Source: Candidatus Blackburnbacteria bacterium (GTDB lineage: Bacteria > Patescibacteriota > Microgenomatia > UBA8517 > UBA10165). Taken from it: a DNA stretch of 64,000 nucleotides. Below are positions 21,031 through 29,565 of the stretch, piece by piece; positions within the stretch are counted from its first letter, which is position 1, and every line of letters starts with the position of its first letter. Position numbers and translations under genes: made by a program. The notes below the pieces were generated by a model. The model saw only the letters and a list, made by a program, of their open reading frames with translations, made no database searches and was not told the DNA's origin. The stretch covers positions 422,479 to 486,478 of the forward strand of contig JACPEJ010000001.1 of the NCBI GenBank assembly GCA_016183565.1, written 5' to 3'.

Positions 21031-21669
21031 ATGGATTACATCATTATCAAGAGAATTCTTGATATTTTTTTGGCGCTTTTCTTGCTTGTTTTGTTTCTTC
21101 CTATAATGTTGACTGCTGCAGCCTTAATAAAGCTTACCTCGCCTGGTCCTGTTTTTGCTGATATGCCTAAGAGAGCTGGTAAAAGAGGAAAACCATTTCG
21201 TCTTTATAAATTTCGCTCTATGATTCCCGGGGCATATAATGTGATAAGAAAAAACCCAGAGTATAAGAAGCTTTTTCAGGAGTATCAGAAATCTGGGTAT
21301 AAACTTTATCAGGATCCTCGAATAACTCCGATGGGTCATTTTATAAGGAAATACTCTATTGATGAGATGCCCCAGCTTATGAATGTTTTGCGAGGTGAGA
21401 TGAGCCTGGTTGGCCCGAGGCCGTATTTTCCAAAAGAACTTGAAGAGCAACAAAGAAGATATCCTGGAACAGGGTATCTGATAAAAGAAGCGTTATCGGT
21501 AAAACCTGGGATTACGGGGATTTGGCAAGTTTCAGGTCGTTCTAATATTAACTTTGACAAACGAATTGCACTTGATGCATACTATGCGAGGCGGAATTCT
21601 CTTTTTCTTGATTTTAAGATTTTGCTTAAGACTCCTTGGGCGATGATACGTGGCAAGGGGGCAGTTTAG
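21031..21669 (+). CDS. Priming sugar transferase (undecaprenyl-phosphate hexose-1-P transferase, WbaP/WcaJ catalytic domain)
   Basis: 'KRILD', 'KFRSM', 'DPRIT', 'SIDEMPQL', 'SLVGPRP', 'KPGITG'. Confidence 0.92.
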   Translation: MDYIIIKRILDIFLALFLLVLFLPIMLTAAALIKLTSPGPVFADMPKRAGKRGKPFRLYKFRSMIPGAYNVIRKNPEYKKLFQEYQKSGYKLYQDPRITPMGHFIRKYSIDEMPQLMNVLRGEMSLVGPRPYFPKELEEQQRRYPGTGYLIKEALSVKPGITGIWQVSGRSNINFDKRIALDAYYARRNSLFLDFKILLKTPWAMIRGKGAV

Positions 21670-21721
21670 GTCTGGAATAGGTCCTGGAAATTGTTTTATT
21701 TGTTCTGTTAAAATAAATAAC

Positions 21722-23740
21722 ATGCCCGAAACGGAATTTATAAAGAAGATATCTCTTCCTGAAGAAAGTACTACTGTTGTTCAATCTGATGATTCGGCTC
21801 AGTCTGGGTCTTCTTCTAGCCTGACTAAGACAAGCTTGTTCTCTTCGTTTGCTGGTGCGCGAGGGCGGTTTGGTTGGTCAAGTTTTCCTGGGGGTATTTT
21901 TGGTAAGTGGGGGGTTATGGTTCTTTCAATTTTGGTAGTTTTAGTACTTCTAGTTCTTCTACCGACTTTATACATAGCTAATAGCGCAAAGAAGGTTATT
22001 TCTTCAGGTCGGGAACTACAAAGCGCGTTCCAAGCCCAAGACTTAGATCAAATAGATGCAGCTTTGAAGAAAACAAAGGGTGATTTGGAATCGTTTGATA
22101 AGAGTGTCAATATTCTTGCGTGGATGAAGGTTGTACCGTTTGCAGGTGGATACTGGAGCGATTTGAAGCACTTGACTACGGGGAGTAAAGCAGGAATTGA
22201 AGCGGGTGAAATTGTTCTAAAAACCATCGAACCTTATGCAGATATTTTGGGATTTGCTGGAGGCAAGCAGGCAGCGGATGGATCACAGACTGCAGAGGAT
22301 AGAATTAATTTTATAGTAGAGACTGTTGATCAAATTATTCCCCAAATTGATTCAATCTCTGAGAAGACGCAGATTATGGCCGGGGAGTTTGGGAAGATAG
22401 ATCCTAATCGATACCCTCAGTATTTCCGAGGTAAAGAAATACAAGGTACTGTTCGGAAGGCAATTGAGGCAGTGGATCGTGTTAATGAGTTGGCAACTGA
22501 TGGCAAGCCAGTTCTTAAGCAGTTACCATATCTTCTTGGAATTGGGCAAGAGAGGGAGTATCTTTTTTTGTGGCAGAATGATAAAGAGCTCCGGCCGACT
22601 GGAGGTTTTATAACAGCGTATTCGATTGTTAAGGTTAAGGATGGCAAGATAGAGCCGGTAGCCTCAAACGATATCTACAATCTTGATAATCAGTTCAAAA
22701 GCAAGCTTCCAGCTCCTGAACCAATTAAAAAGTATTTGCCACTTGTTAATTATTGGAACTTGCGAGACATGAATCTTTCTCCTGATTTTAAGGTTTCTAT
22801 GGATACTTTTTCTGAGAATTATAATTCTATAAAGAAGGCTGCTCCGTATGATGGAATAATTTCTGTTGATTCATATCTTTTAGTGGATCTTCTCAAGGTA
22901 ATGGGTTGGATAGGTGTACCTGGGTTTGGTAATTTTTCTGCTGAGAATGATTCTAGATGCAACTGCCCGGTTGTTATCTACGAGCTGGAGTCTTATGCTG
23001 ATGTTGCGGGACCGATTGTTTGGGATGATATTTCAGGAAAAATTGTTTATAAGCCACCGCATGCTGATAACCGGAAGGCAATACTTGGACCATTGATGAA
23101 TACACTTGTGGCAAATGCGATGGGGCAGCCTAAGGAAAAAATACCTAGTCTTTTTGAGGCTGGGTGGAATGCTTTGATGCAGAAACATGTTATGTTTTAC
23201 TTCAAAGATAGCGAGGTACAGCGGGCTCTTGAGACTTTTAATTTGGCAGGTAGGGTGAAGGATTACGAAGGAGATTATCTTCATATAAATGACACTAATT
23301 TCGCGGGGGCGAAGTCTAATATGTATGTTGAGGAGGAAGCTGATTTGTCGGTTGAGGTGGGCAAGGATGGTACGACTAATATGTTGACAATTAAGTATAA
23401 GAACCCACAGAAAGCTGATGGGTGGCTTAATGGTCCGTACCGAGATTGGTTCAGAGTCTATGTTCCAAAAGGTTCGATTTTGGTGGATTCTTCAGGTTCG
23501 GAAGTTCCTGTGTCTGCTTCTGAAGATTTAGGCAAGACTGTTTTTGAAGGATTCTTTACTCTTAGGCCGATGGGGGTAGTTGAGGTTAAGTTGCAATATA
23601 AGACACCGATTAAGAAGAATGGTGATTATAAGCTTCTTGTTCAGAAACAGCCTGGGACAGGGGGTAACTTGTACAAAGTTCAGGTTGGTAGGAAGTCTGA
23701 GGAATTTAAACTTGTGACTGACAGAGAGCTGAAGTTTTAA
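21722..23740 (+). CDS. DUF4012-like membrane-anchored extracellular protein
   Basis: Single TM helix; 'QNDKELRPTGGF', 'RDMNLSPDF', 'QKQPG'. Confidence 0.75.
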   Translation: MPETEFIKKISLPEESTTVVQSDDSAQSGSSSSLTKTSLFSSFAGARGRFGWSSFPGGIFGKWGVMVLSILVVLVLLVLLPTLYIANSAKKVISSGRELQSAFQAQDLDQIDAALKKTKGDLESFDKSVNILAWMKVVPFAGGYWSDLKHLTTGSKAGIEAGEIVLKTIEPYADILGFAGGKQAADGSQTAEDRINFIVETVDQIIPQIDSISEKTQIMAGEFGKIDPNRYPQYFRGKEIQGTVRKAIEAVDRVNELATDGKPVLKQLPYLLGIGQEREYLFLWQNDKELRPTGGFITAYSIVKVKDGKIEPVASNDIYNLDNQFKSKLPAPEPIKKYLPLVNYWNLRDMNLSPDFKVSMDTFSENYNSIKKAAPYDGIISVDSYLLVDLLKVMGWIGVPGFGNFSAENDSRCNCPVVIYELESYADVAGPIVWDDISGKIVYKPPHADNRKAILGPLMNTLVANAMGQPKEKIPSLFEAGWNALMQKHVMFYFKDSEVQRALETFNLAGRVKDYEGDYLHINDTNFAGAKSNMYVEEEADLSVEVGKDGTTNMLTIKYKNPQKADGWLNGPYRDWFRVYVPKGSILVDSSGSEVPVSASEDLGKTVFEGFFTLRPMGVVEVKLQYKTPIKKNGDYKLLVQKQPGTGGNLYKVQVGRKSEEFKLVTDRELKF

Positions 23741-23751
23741 TAATTTTTCGG

Positions 23752-23850
23752 AAGCGGGGCCTGCCACTCGCCAGCCCCACGGCCATTCCACCGGCTAACA
23801 AGCACGGGGCCCCTTCCGTGGGGCTCCCCGTCTCGTGTCACCCGCTTTTT
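23752..23850. repeat. GC-rich ~96-nt fold-back element (MITE-like and/or terminator)
   Basis: AAGCGGG/CCCGCTT ends, inner AGCCCCACGG/CCGTGGGGCT stem, T-tract at the 3' end. Confidence 0.55.
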
Positions 23851-23873
23851 CTTAAAACTGGTAAAATTTCATT

Positions 23874-24431
23874 GTGGAATATCGTACATTTTCGACAGAA
23901 GGGATAATACTGGCGCGTCGTAATTTTGGCGAGGCTGATCGGCTTCTTACGGTTTTTTCTAAGCATTATGGAAAGATTCGCGCTATAGCAAAAGGGGTGC
24001 GGCGCCCCAGCTCGCGCAAGCGTGGTTCTTTAGAGCTTTTTAGTTGCGCGAAGCTATTGTTTACCAAAGGGAGAAATATAGACTTAATAACAGATGTTGA
24101 ACTTAAGGATGGTTTCTCTTCTTGGCGTAAAGATCTTTTGAGGGTAGGTATTGCATATCATCTTTGCGAGGTGGTTAATAGACTTACCGTAGAAGGTCAG
24201 GAGCATAGGGAGATTTTTGAGCTGCTTTTTGATTCTTTGGGAAGTTTGGCTGAAACAGATTATTGGCAATTGCATGGTCTTGTTTATTCATTTAAGGTTT
24301 TTGTGCTTCAAGAATTAGGGTTTTTGGAAAGAGAAAGGTCTGCACCTGGGGATATTGACCGATATATAGAAAGCATAATAGATGGGCCTTTGCGCACAAA
24401 GAGGTTTTTAAAGAATTTAAAGAACGGATGA
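23874..24431 (+). CDS. recO: DNA repair protein RecO
   Basis: 'EGIIL...GEADRLLTVFS..YGKI.AIAKGVRRP.SR'. Confidence 0.92.
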   Translation: MEYRTFSTEGIILARRNFGEADRLLTVFSKHYGKIRAIAKGVRRPSSRKRGSLELFSCAKLLFTKGRNIDLITDVELKDGFSSWRKDLLRVGIAYHLCEVVNRLTVEGQEHREIFELLFDSLGSLAETDYWQLHGLVYSFKVFVLQELGFLERERSAPGDIDRYIESIIDGPLRTKRFLKNLKNG

Positions 24432-24454
24432 CATGGGGTGTTAGAATTATTTCT

Positions 24455-24625
24455 ATGGCAACAGCGGAAAGAAGTGCTAGTGTTGAGAGGAAGACAAGGT
24501 GGGTTGATGTAGCAATTGCGGTTGCTGGTTTTGTAGTGGGAATTGATGTAATCCAAAAAAATTTAGTTGCTGGTGCCGCAATACTTCTCGGCAGTTATTG
24601 GGTTCTAAAAAACAGCAGATATTGA
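24455..24625 (+). CDS. Small two-TM hypothetical protein
   Basis: Hydrophobic hairpin; TAGAAT -10 box 7 nt before ATG 24455. Confidence 0.5.
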   Translation: MATAERSASVERKTRWVDVAIAVAGFVVGIDVIQKNLVAGAAILLGSYWVLKNSRY

Positions 24626-24664
24626 TTATTGATTTGTTTTCTTCGTAAAATCACCTTATAAAAT

Positions 24665-24702
24665 CACCTTAGAGGTGGATTAGCTTGACACATCTGGTAA
24701 AA
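24665..24702 (-). repeat. REP element, left flank of RAYT
   Basis: Reverse complement reads TTTTACCAGATGTGTCAAGCTAATCCACCTCTAAGGTG; inverted relative to the copy at 25402. Confidence 0.85.
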
Positions 24703-24706
24703 CGTT

Positions 24707-25381
24707 TCATTCCAGGATCAGATGTTTAATTCTTTCTAATTGTCTTTGATAATCTGCTTGATCAAATATGAACTTTTTGAAGGTCTCTAAAGATTTGAAG
24801 TGAGCAAGGATAGTTTGAGTATCAATTGATTGATTTTCTTCTAAACCTAAGTATTTGCGGAGTGAGGAGTATTTGTAGGAGAGCAGGTCGTTAGTAGTCT
24901 TTACGATGTACGAGCTATAGGGATTTAGGTGGATGTATCTGGTGACATGAAGAAGCTGTTCCTCGCTTTCTATTCGCACAGCCTGAAATTTTCCTTTGAA
25001 TAGTGGTCCTTCTCTTTTGTTTTTGATATTGAAATAGCGAGTGTGGCTGTTTGTGATATTGGCTGTGTATTTGGCAGTGCCATTGTTTTCTGTCTGCTTG
25101 ATTAATAAATGGAAGTGGTTAGGCATCAGACAGTAGGCTACAATGTCCACAATAAATTGCTTTTTCTTGTTGAGGTAGTTTAGGATTTCTGACTTCTGTT
25201 CGGAGTGTAAAGTCGCAAGTTTAGATAGTCGGATTGGTATGTCTTTATTCTGGTAGTAGAACATTGTTTCAAGGAAACGGTTATAGTCTCTTTTTGTGTT
25301 AAAAGTTGGTTGTCCAGCAATGCCCTTGTTAAATATATGGTAAATTTCTCCGGTGACTAGGGGAATATCTCTTCCTGGCAT
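24707..25381 (-). mobile_element. REP-associated tyrosine transposase (RAYT, Y1 HUH, IS200/IS605 superfamily)
   Basis: 'YHIFNKG', HUH motif 'CLMPNHFHLL', 'LFKGKF', catalytic 'YIHLNP', 'YSS'; flanked by inverted REPs. Confidence 0.9.
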
Positions 25382-25401
25382 TGTTCTATATTGCACAAAA
25401 A

Positions 25402-25437
25402 TACCAGAGGTGTCAATAGAGTTCCACCTTAGAGGTG
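25402..25437 (+). repeat. REP element, right flank of RAYT
   Basis: TACCAGAGGTGTCAATAGAGTTCCACCTTAGAGGTG. Confidence 0.85.
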
Positions 25438-25519
25438 TCTTTTTCTGACCAGATTTGCTGGGGTTGTAGCTTTGCTGTTAGCTTTGCTGAGGTGTTTTCT
25501 GGTATAGTTGGATCGTGAT

Positions 25520-26806
25520 ATGAAGAATTTATTAATGGAAAAGGTTGTTTCTTTGTGTAAGCGGCGGGGTTTTGTTTTTCCGGGCTCTCTGATTTATGGG
25601 GGGTTGGCGAATACTTGGGATTACGGGCCTTTGGGAACTTGTCTACTTCAAAATATTCGGAGTCTTTGGTGGGAGCGTTTTGTAACCAAAAGAGATGATA
25701 TTTATCCTTTGGAGACGGGGATAATTATGAATCCCAGGGTTTGGCAAGCATCGGGCCATACTGCTTCGTTTACAGATCCTCTTGTTGAGTGTAAGGTTTG
25801 TCACCAAAGATTTCGAGCGGACCATGAGGTTCCAGAGAGCGGTGATCATAAACACGATCTTACAGAGCCTCGAAGTTTTAATTTGATGTTTGAAACACAT
25901 ATTGGTCCGGTTGAGGATACTTCTAACGCGGCCTATCTTAGGCCGGAAACAGCACAAGGAATGTTTGTAAACTTCAAGAATGTTTTGACTACGGAACGTC
26001 CTAGCTTGCCGTTTGGTATTGCACAGATCGGAAAAGCTTTTAGAAACGAAATAACTCCTGGTAATTTTATTTTTAGAACTCTTGAGTTTGAGCAAATGGA
26101 GATTGAATATTTTGTGCATCCTGAACATTGGGAAGAAGCTTTTGAGAGTTGGAAAGAGTCTATGTGGAAGTGGCTTTTGGATTTGGGCGTAAAAGAAGAA
26201 AATCTTAAGTGGAGAGCTCATGCAAAAGATGAGCTCTCACACTATTCGAAAAGGACGGAAGATATTGAGTATGAGTTTCCGTTTGGGTGGGGAGAGCTTT
26301 ATGGGTTAGCATACAGAGCTGATTTTGATCTTAGAAATCATTCTGAGAAATCTTCTGAAGATCTTATGTTTACGGATCCGGCTACAAACGCGAAATTCTT
26401 TCCGCACGTTGTTGAACCAACATTTGGTGTTAACAGGACTGCCTTAACTTTGCTTTTGGATGCATATACAGAGGAGGGTGATCGTGTGGTGTTGAAGTTG
26501 AACCCTAAGGTGGCACCATACAAAGTTGCTGTATTTCCATTGGTTGCAAATAGAGAGGAGATAGTTGGTAAGGCAAGAGAAATCTATAATGGTTTTAGAC
26601 TTAGGCTGTCTACTGTTTGGGATAATAGAGGTAACATTGGGAAAAGATATTATGCTCAAGATGAGATAGGGACTCCTTGGTGTGTAACTGTTGATTATCA
26701 GACACTTGAAGATAAAACAGTAACAGTAAGAGATAGAGATAGTGCAGAACAGATTCGAGTGAAGATTGATAAATTGCTCGAGTGGTTTAGTGAGAAATTG
26801 AAGTAG
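25520..26806 (+). CDS. glyQS: Glycine--tRNA ligase (alpha2, eukaryote/archaeal type)
   Basis: 'CKRRGF', 'DYGPLG', 'LRPETAQG', 'GKAFRNEITP', 'IGKRY..QDEIGTP'. Confidence 0.95.
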   Translation: MKNLLMEKVVSLCKRRGFVFPGSLIYGGLANTWDYGPLGTCLLQNIRSLWWERFVTKRDDIYPLETGIIMNPRVWQASGHTASFTDPLVECKVCHQRFRADHEVPESGDHKHDLTEPRSFNLMFETHIGPVEDTSNAAYLRPETAQGMFVNFKNVLTTERPSLPFGIAQIGKAFRNEITPGNFIFRTLEFEQMEIEYFVHPEHWEEAFESWKESMWKWLLDLGVKEENLKWRAHAKDELSHYSKRTEDIEYEFPFGWGELYGLAYRADFDLRNHSEKSSEDLMFTDPATNAKFFPHVVEPTFGVNRTALTLLLDAYTEEGDRVVLKLNPKVAPYKVAVFPLVANREEIVGKAREIYNGFRLRLSTVWDNRGNIGKRYYAQDEIGTPWCVTVDYQTLEDKTVTVRDRDSAEQIRVKIDKLLEWFSEKLK

Positions 26807-26855
26807 CGGACCACTTGACATGTTGTCTTTAAAAATGAAAGAATAGGTTTTGGAT

Positions 26856-27626
26856 ATGAAAAAAGCGCTGCCTGTTATTGTTGTAGTTTTGATCGGACTT
26901 TTGGTTGGTGGAGGTGCAGTTTTTGGTTGGAAGAGATTAAGTCAGCCGCCGAAAGAAGAGGGAGAAGTTTCTGCTCCGGAACAGGTTTTGAAAGAGCTTT
27001 CTCTTAGTGAGCGTCCCTATACTTCACTTACTCCTGGTTCCAGCTGCGAATATACATTAGTACTTCAAAGAATTCAGGGGAATCCAGATAAGATTGAGTA
27101 TGAGATTGTCTACAAGGATGAAAAGGGAGTGACCCAAGGCGCTTCTGGTACTATTACTCCGAAAGGAAAGACAAATGCAGAGAAGAAAGTTTTGTTTGGC
27201 ACAGAGTCTTCGGGTCATAGAAGGTGTGACAAGGGGGTAGAGGGAGGTAATATTGTTTTAAGATATAGAAATCCTGAGGGTAAGTTGACGGCGAAGATGG
27301 AGACGGAGTTTGGTGTATATGAGAATACACGTTTTATTAAATTAAGCAGCAATTTTGATTTGGCTTTGCCCTCATCAGTTACTCTGATTACTACCAAGTA
27401 TTTGAGTATGGGTACTATTGGATTGCCTGGATTGTCGGATGAGGCTCCAGGGAGAGTTGTGGCTGGCCCATATGCAGTTTTTCCGGATGGGTCTTTGAAA
27501 AGAGACGCGACAGTTGATATTTCTGGGAGTGGGAAGCTTTATGGTTGGGATGGTTCAAAATGGGTGGAACTTAGTGATGGTAAGTCTTCTTTCCTCGGGA
27601 CGTATATTCTTGTAGCTTCAGAGTAA
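26856..27626 (+). CDS. Hypothetical membrane-anchored extracellular protein
   Basis: N-terminal TM/signal peptide, beta-rich remainder. Confidence 0.7.
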   Translation: MKKALPVIVVVLIGLLVGGGAVFGWKRLSQPPKEEGEVSAPEQVLKELSLSERPYTSLTPGSSCEYTLVLQRIQGNPDKIEYEIVYKDEKGVTQGASGTITPKGKTNAEKKVLFGTESSGHRRCDKGVEGGNIVLRYRNPEGKLTAKMETEFGVYENTRFIKLSSNFDLALPSSVTLITTKYLSMGTIGLPGLSDEAPGRVVAGPYAVFPDGSLKRDATVDISGSGKLYGWDGSKWVELSDGKSSFLGTYILVASE

Positions 27627-27768
27627 ATTTTTTATGACATCCACTCGTTGGTTGTGAAACTGCTACTTCCCGCCGCATTTTCGCATTCGGCTTTTTAGTA
27701 TTGTTCATACACGCCTCATGCCAAAATTGCTGGCGGGTGCGCCCCAATTGTGTTAACCAATTGGGGCT

Positions 27769-27820
27769 TGACATGTCGTGAAAACCGGGCAATAATGGAT
27801 AGAAGTAGTGAAAAGTAGTG
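27769..27820 (+). promoter_or_regulatory. dcw promoter with MraZ-box-like direct repeats
   Basis: TTGACA-17-AATAAT, then ATGG/GTAG/GTAG at a 10-bp period (27795, 27805, 27815), resembling MraZ GTGG-N6 boxes. Confidence 0.6.
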
Positions 27821-27839
27821 ACCTGTCCTACTAGATATC

Positions 27840-28280
27840 ATGCTTATTGGTCACTATATCCAAACACTTAATTTTAAGGGGCGTACGGCATTGCCTGCAC
27901 GCTTAAGGTATGAACTAGGAGACAAAGTAATTGTCTCTCGTTGGTATGAAGGTTCGATTGCAATTTTTGAACTGAGTAGGTGGGAGAAGATTGTGGAACA
28001 AGCAACGAGGGGTGTGTTTGTACTTGGTTCGGCTCGAGACACAGAGCGTTTCTTATTGGGTGGGGCGTATGAGGTAGAGTTGGATGGTCAGGGGAGATTT
28101 GTGATTCCGCCGCCTTTGCGGCAGCATGCTGGGATTGTTGATGCAACTGAGGTAGTTTTTGTAGGTCTTGGTAGCAGAGCAGAGATTTGGAGTAAGGTTC
28201 GCTGGGAGGAGAGAGAGAAGTATATTTTAGAGAATGCAGAGAAATTAATCGAGGAGGTTTCGAAGAATGATACTAGATGA
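27840..28280 (+). CDS. mraZ: Transcriptional regulator MraZ
   Basis: 'KGRTALPARLR', 'ELDGQGRFVIP', 'EIWS'; first gene of the dcw cluster. Confidence 0.95.
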   Translation: MLIGHYIQTLNFKGRTALPARLRYELGDKVIVSRWYEGSIAIFELSRWEKIVEQATRGVFVLGSARDTERFLLGGAYEVELDGQGRFVIPPPLRQHAGIVDATEVVFVGLGSRAEIWSKVRWEEREKYILENAEKLIEEVSKNDTR

Positions 28281-29239
28281 AAGAACACAAGTCGGTATTG
28301 CTCAAGGAAGTAATAGATTTTCTTGATGTAAGACCCGGTAAAAAATATATAGATGCCACCATTGGGGGAGGTGGACACACTGAGGCAATTTTGAAAGCTG
28401 GTGGAGAGGTGTTGGGATTTGATCAGGATCCCGACTCACTTAAACTAGCTTATAAACGCCTAAGCCTTCTCCAAAAGCAGGCCTGCCCTGACAGGTACCA
28501 GACGGTACCTGTCCCTGGCGTTTTTAAGCTTGTCCATAGTAACTTCTTCCGACTTCGTGAAGTTGTCTCCAGAGAAAATTTTAAACCTGTCCATGGGGCC
28601 TTATTTGATCTCGGATTTGCAAGTTTTCAAGTTGATGATCCGGGGCGTGGCCTATCCTTTCTTAAAGAAGGCCCGCTTGATATGAGGCTTGACCCTACTT
28701 TAGGGGTTAAAGCTGCAGATTTAATAAATGGTTTGTCTGAGAAGCAGATCGCGCAACTCTTTTGGGAGTTTGGGGAGGAAAGGGCTAGCCGGGTGATTGC
28801 GCAGGCAATTGTTAAGAGGCGTCTTGAAAAGCACTTTGAGACTACAGTTGAATTGGCTGAGTTGGTGGGGAATGCAAAACTAAAGACGGGAAACGAAAGA
28901 CGGGAAACGAAAGGGATTCATCCAGCAACTCGAGTTTTTATGGCCTTGCGGATTGTAGTTAATTCGGAGTTTGAAAATTTACGAGCAGCCTTGCCGCAAG
29001 CTGTGGAGATTTTAGAGGAGGGTGGAAGGTTGGCAGTTATTAGCTTCCATTCTGGGGAAGATAGGATAGTTAAGAATTTTATACGCAATCAAGCGCAGCG
29101 AGGTTTTTTAAAAATATTAACTAAAAAACCAGTTGTAGCAAGTGATGAGGAAAGAGGAGAGAATCCCAGAGCAAGAAGTGCCAAACTGCGGGTTGCAGAA
29201 AAGATTAGAAGTTATGACGAAACTAAAGACACATATTAG
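28277..29239 (+). CDS. rsmH: 16S rRNA m4C1402 methyltransferase
   Basis: 'HKSVLL', 'DATIGGGGH', 'PLDMR', 'ISFHSGEDRIVK', 'NPRARSAKLR'. Confidence 0.95.
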   Translation: MKEHKSVLLKEVIDFLDVRPGKKYIDATIGGGGHTEAILKAGGEVLGFDQDPDSLKLAYKRLSLLQKQACPDRYQTVPVPGVFKLVHSNFFRLREVVSRENFKPVHGALFDLGFASFQVDDPGRGLSFLKEGPLDMRLDPTLGVKAADLINGLSEKQIAQLFWEFGEERASRVIAQAIVKRRLEKHFETTVELAELVGNAKLKTGNERRETKGIHPATRVFMALRIVVNSEFENLRAALPQAVEILEEGGRLAVISFHSGEDRIVKNFIRNQAQRGFLKILTKKPVVASDEERGENPRARSAKLRVAEKIRSYDETKDTY

Positions 29240-29555
29240 GGGCAAGTTATGGATACTTTTGTTTATTCCTTTGGTTGGGTCTGTGATTCTACAATTGGTT
29301 ATTGTTAATGCGGTTGCAGGCGACGGAAAAGAGCTTTCGAAAATTGAGCGTCAGATTGAGAAGACAAGAAAAGAAAATAATATTTTAAGGGAAGAGACGG
29401 CACATGCCAGATCTCTTCGGGAGATTTCTAAAATAGGTGCGGAACTTGGTCTTTTAAAACCAACTTCGATTGTATACATTGATTTGTCGGCTGGCCAGGC
29501 AAGGAAGGCTATTCAGGTTGGTGTATTGCCTAATGCTGGGGAGTTGGGCCAGTGA
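29214..29555 (+). CDS. ftsL: FtsL-like bitopic coiled-coil protein
   Basis: Lies between rsmH and ftsI; TM helix plus coiled coil. Confidence 0.65.
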   Translation: MTKLKTHIRGKLWILLFIPLVGSVILQLVIVNAVAGDGKELSKIERQIEKTRKENNILREETAHARSLREISKIGAELGLLKPTSIVYIDLSAGQARKAIQVGVLPNAGELGQ

Positions 29556-29565
29556 TCTCTGAGCC

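Noticed and set aside
23752-23850. tRNA or other known RNA gene
   Set aside because: No cloverleaf, T-loop (GTTC) or CCA on either strand
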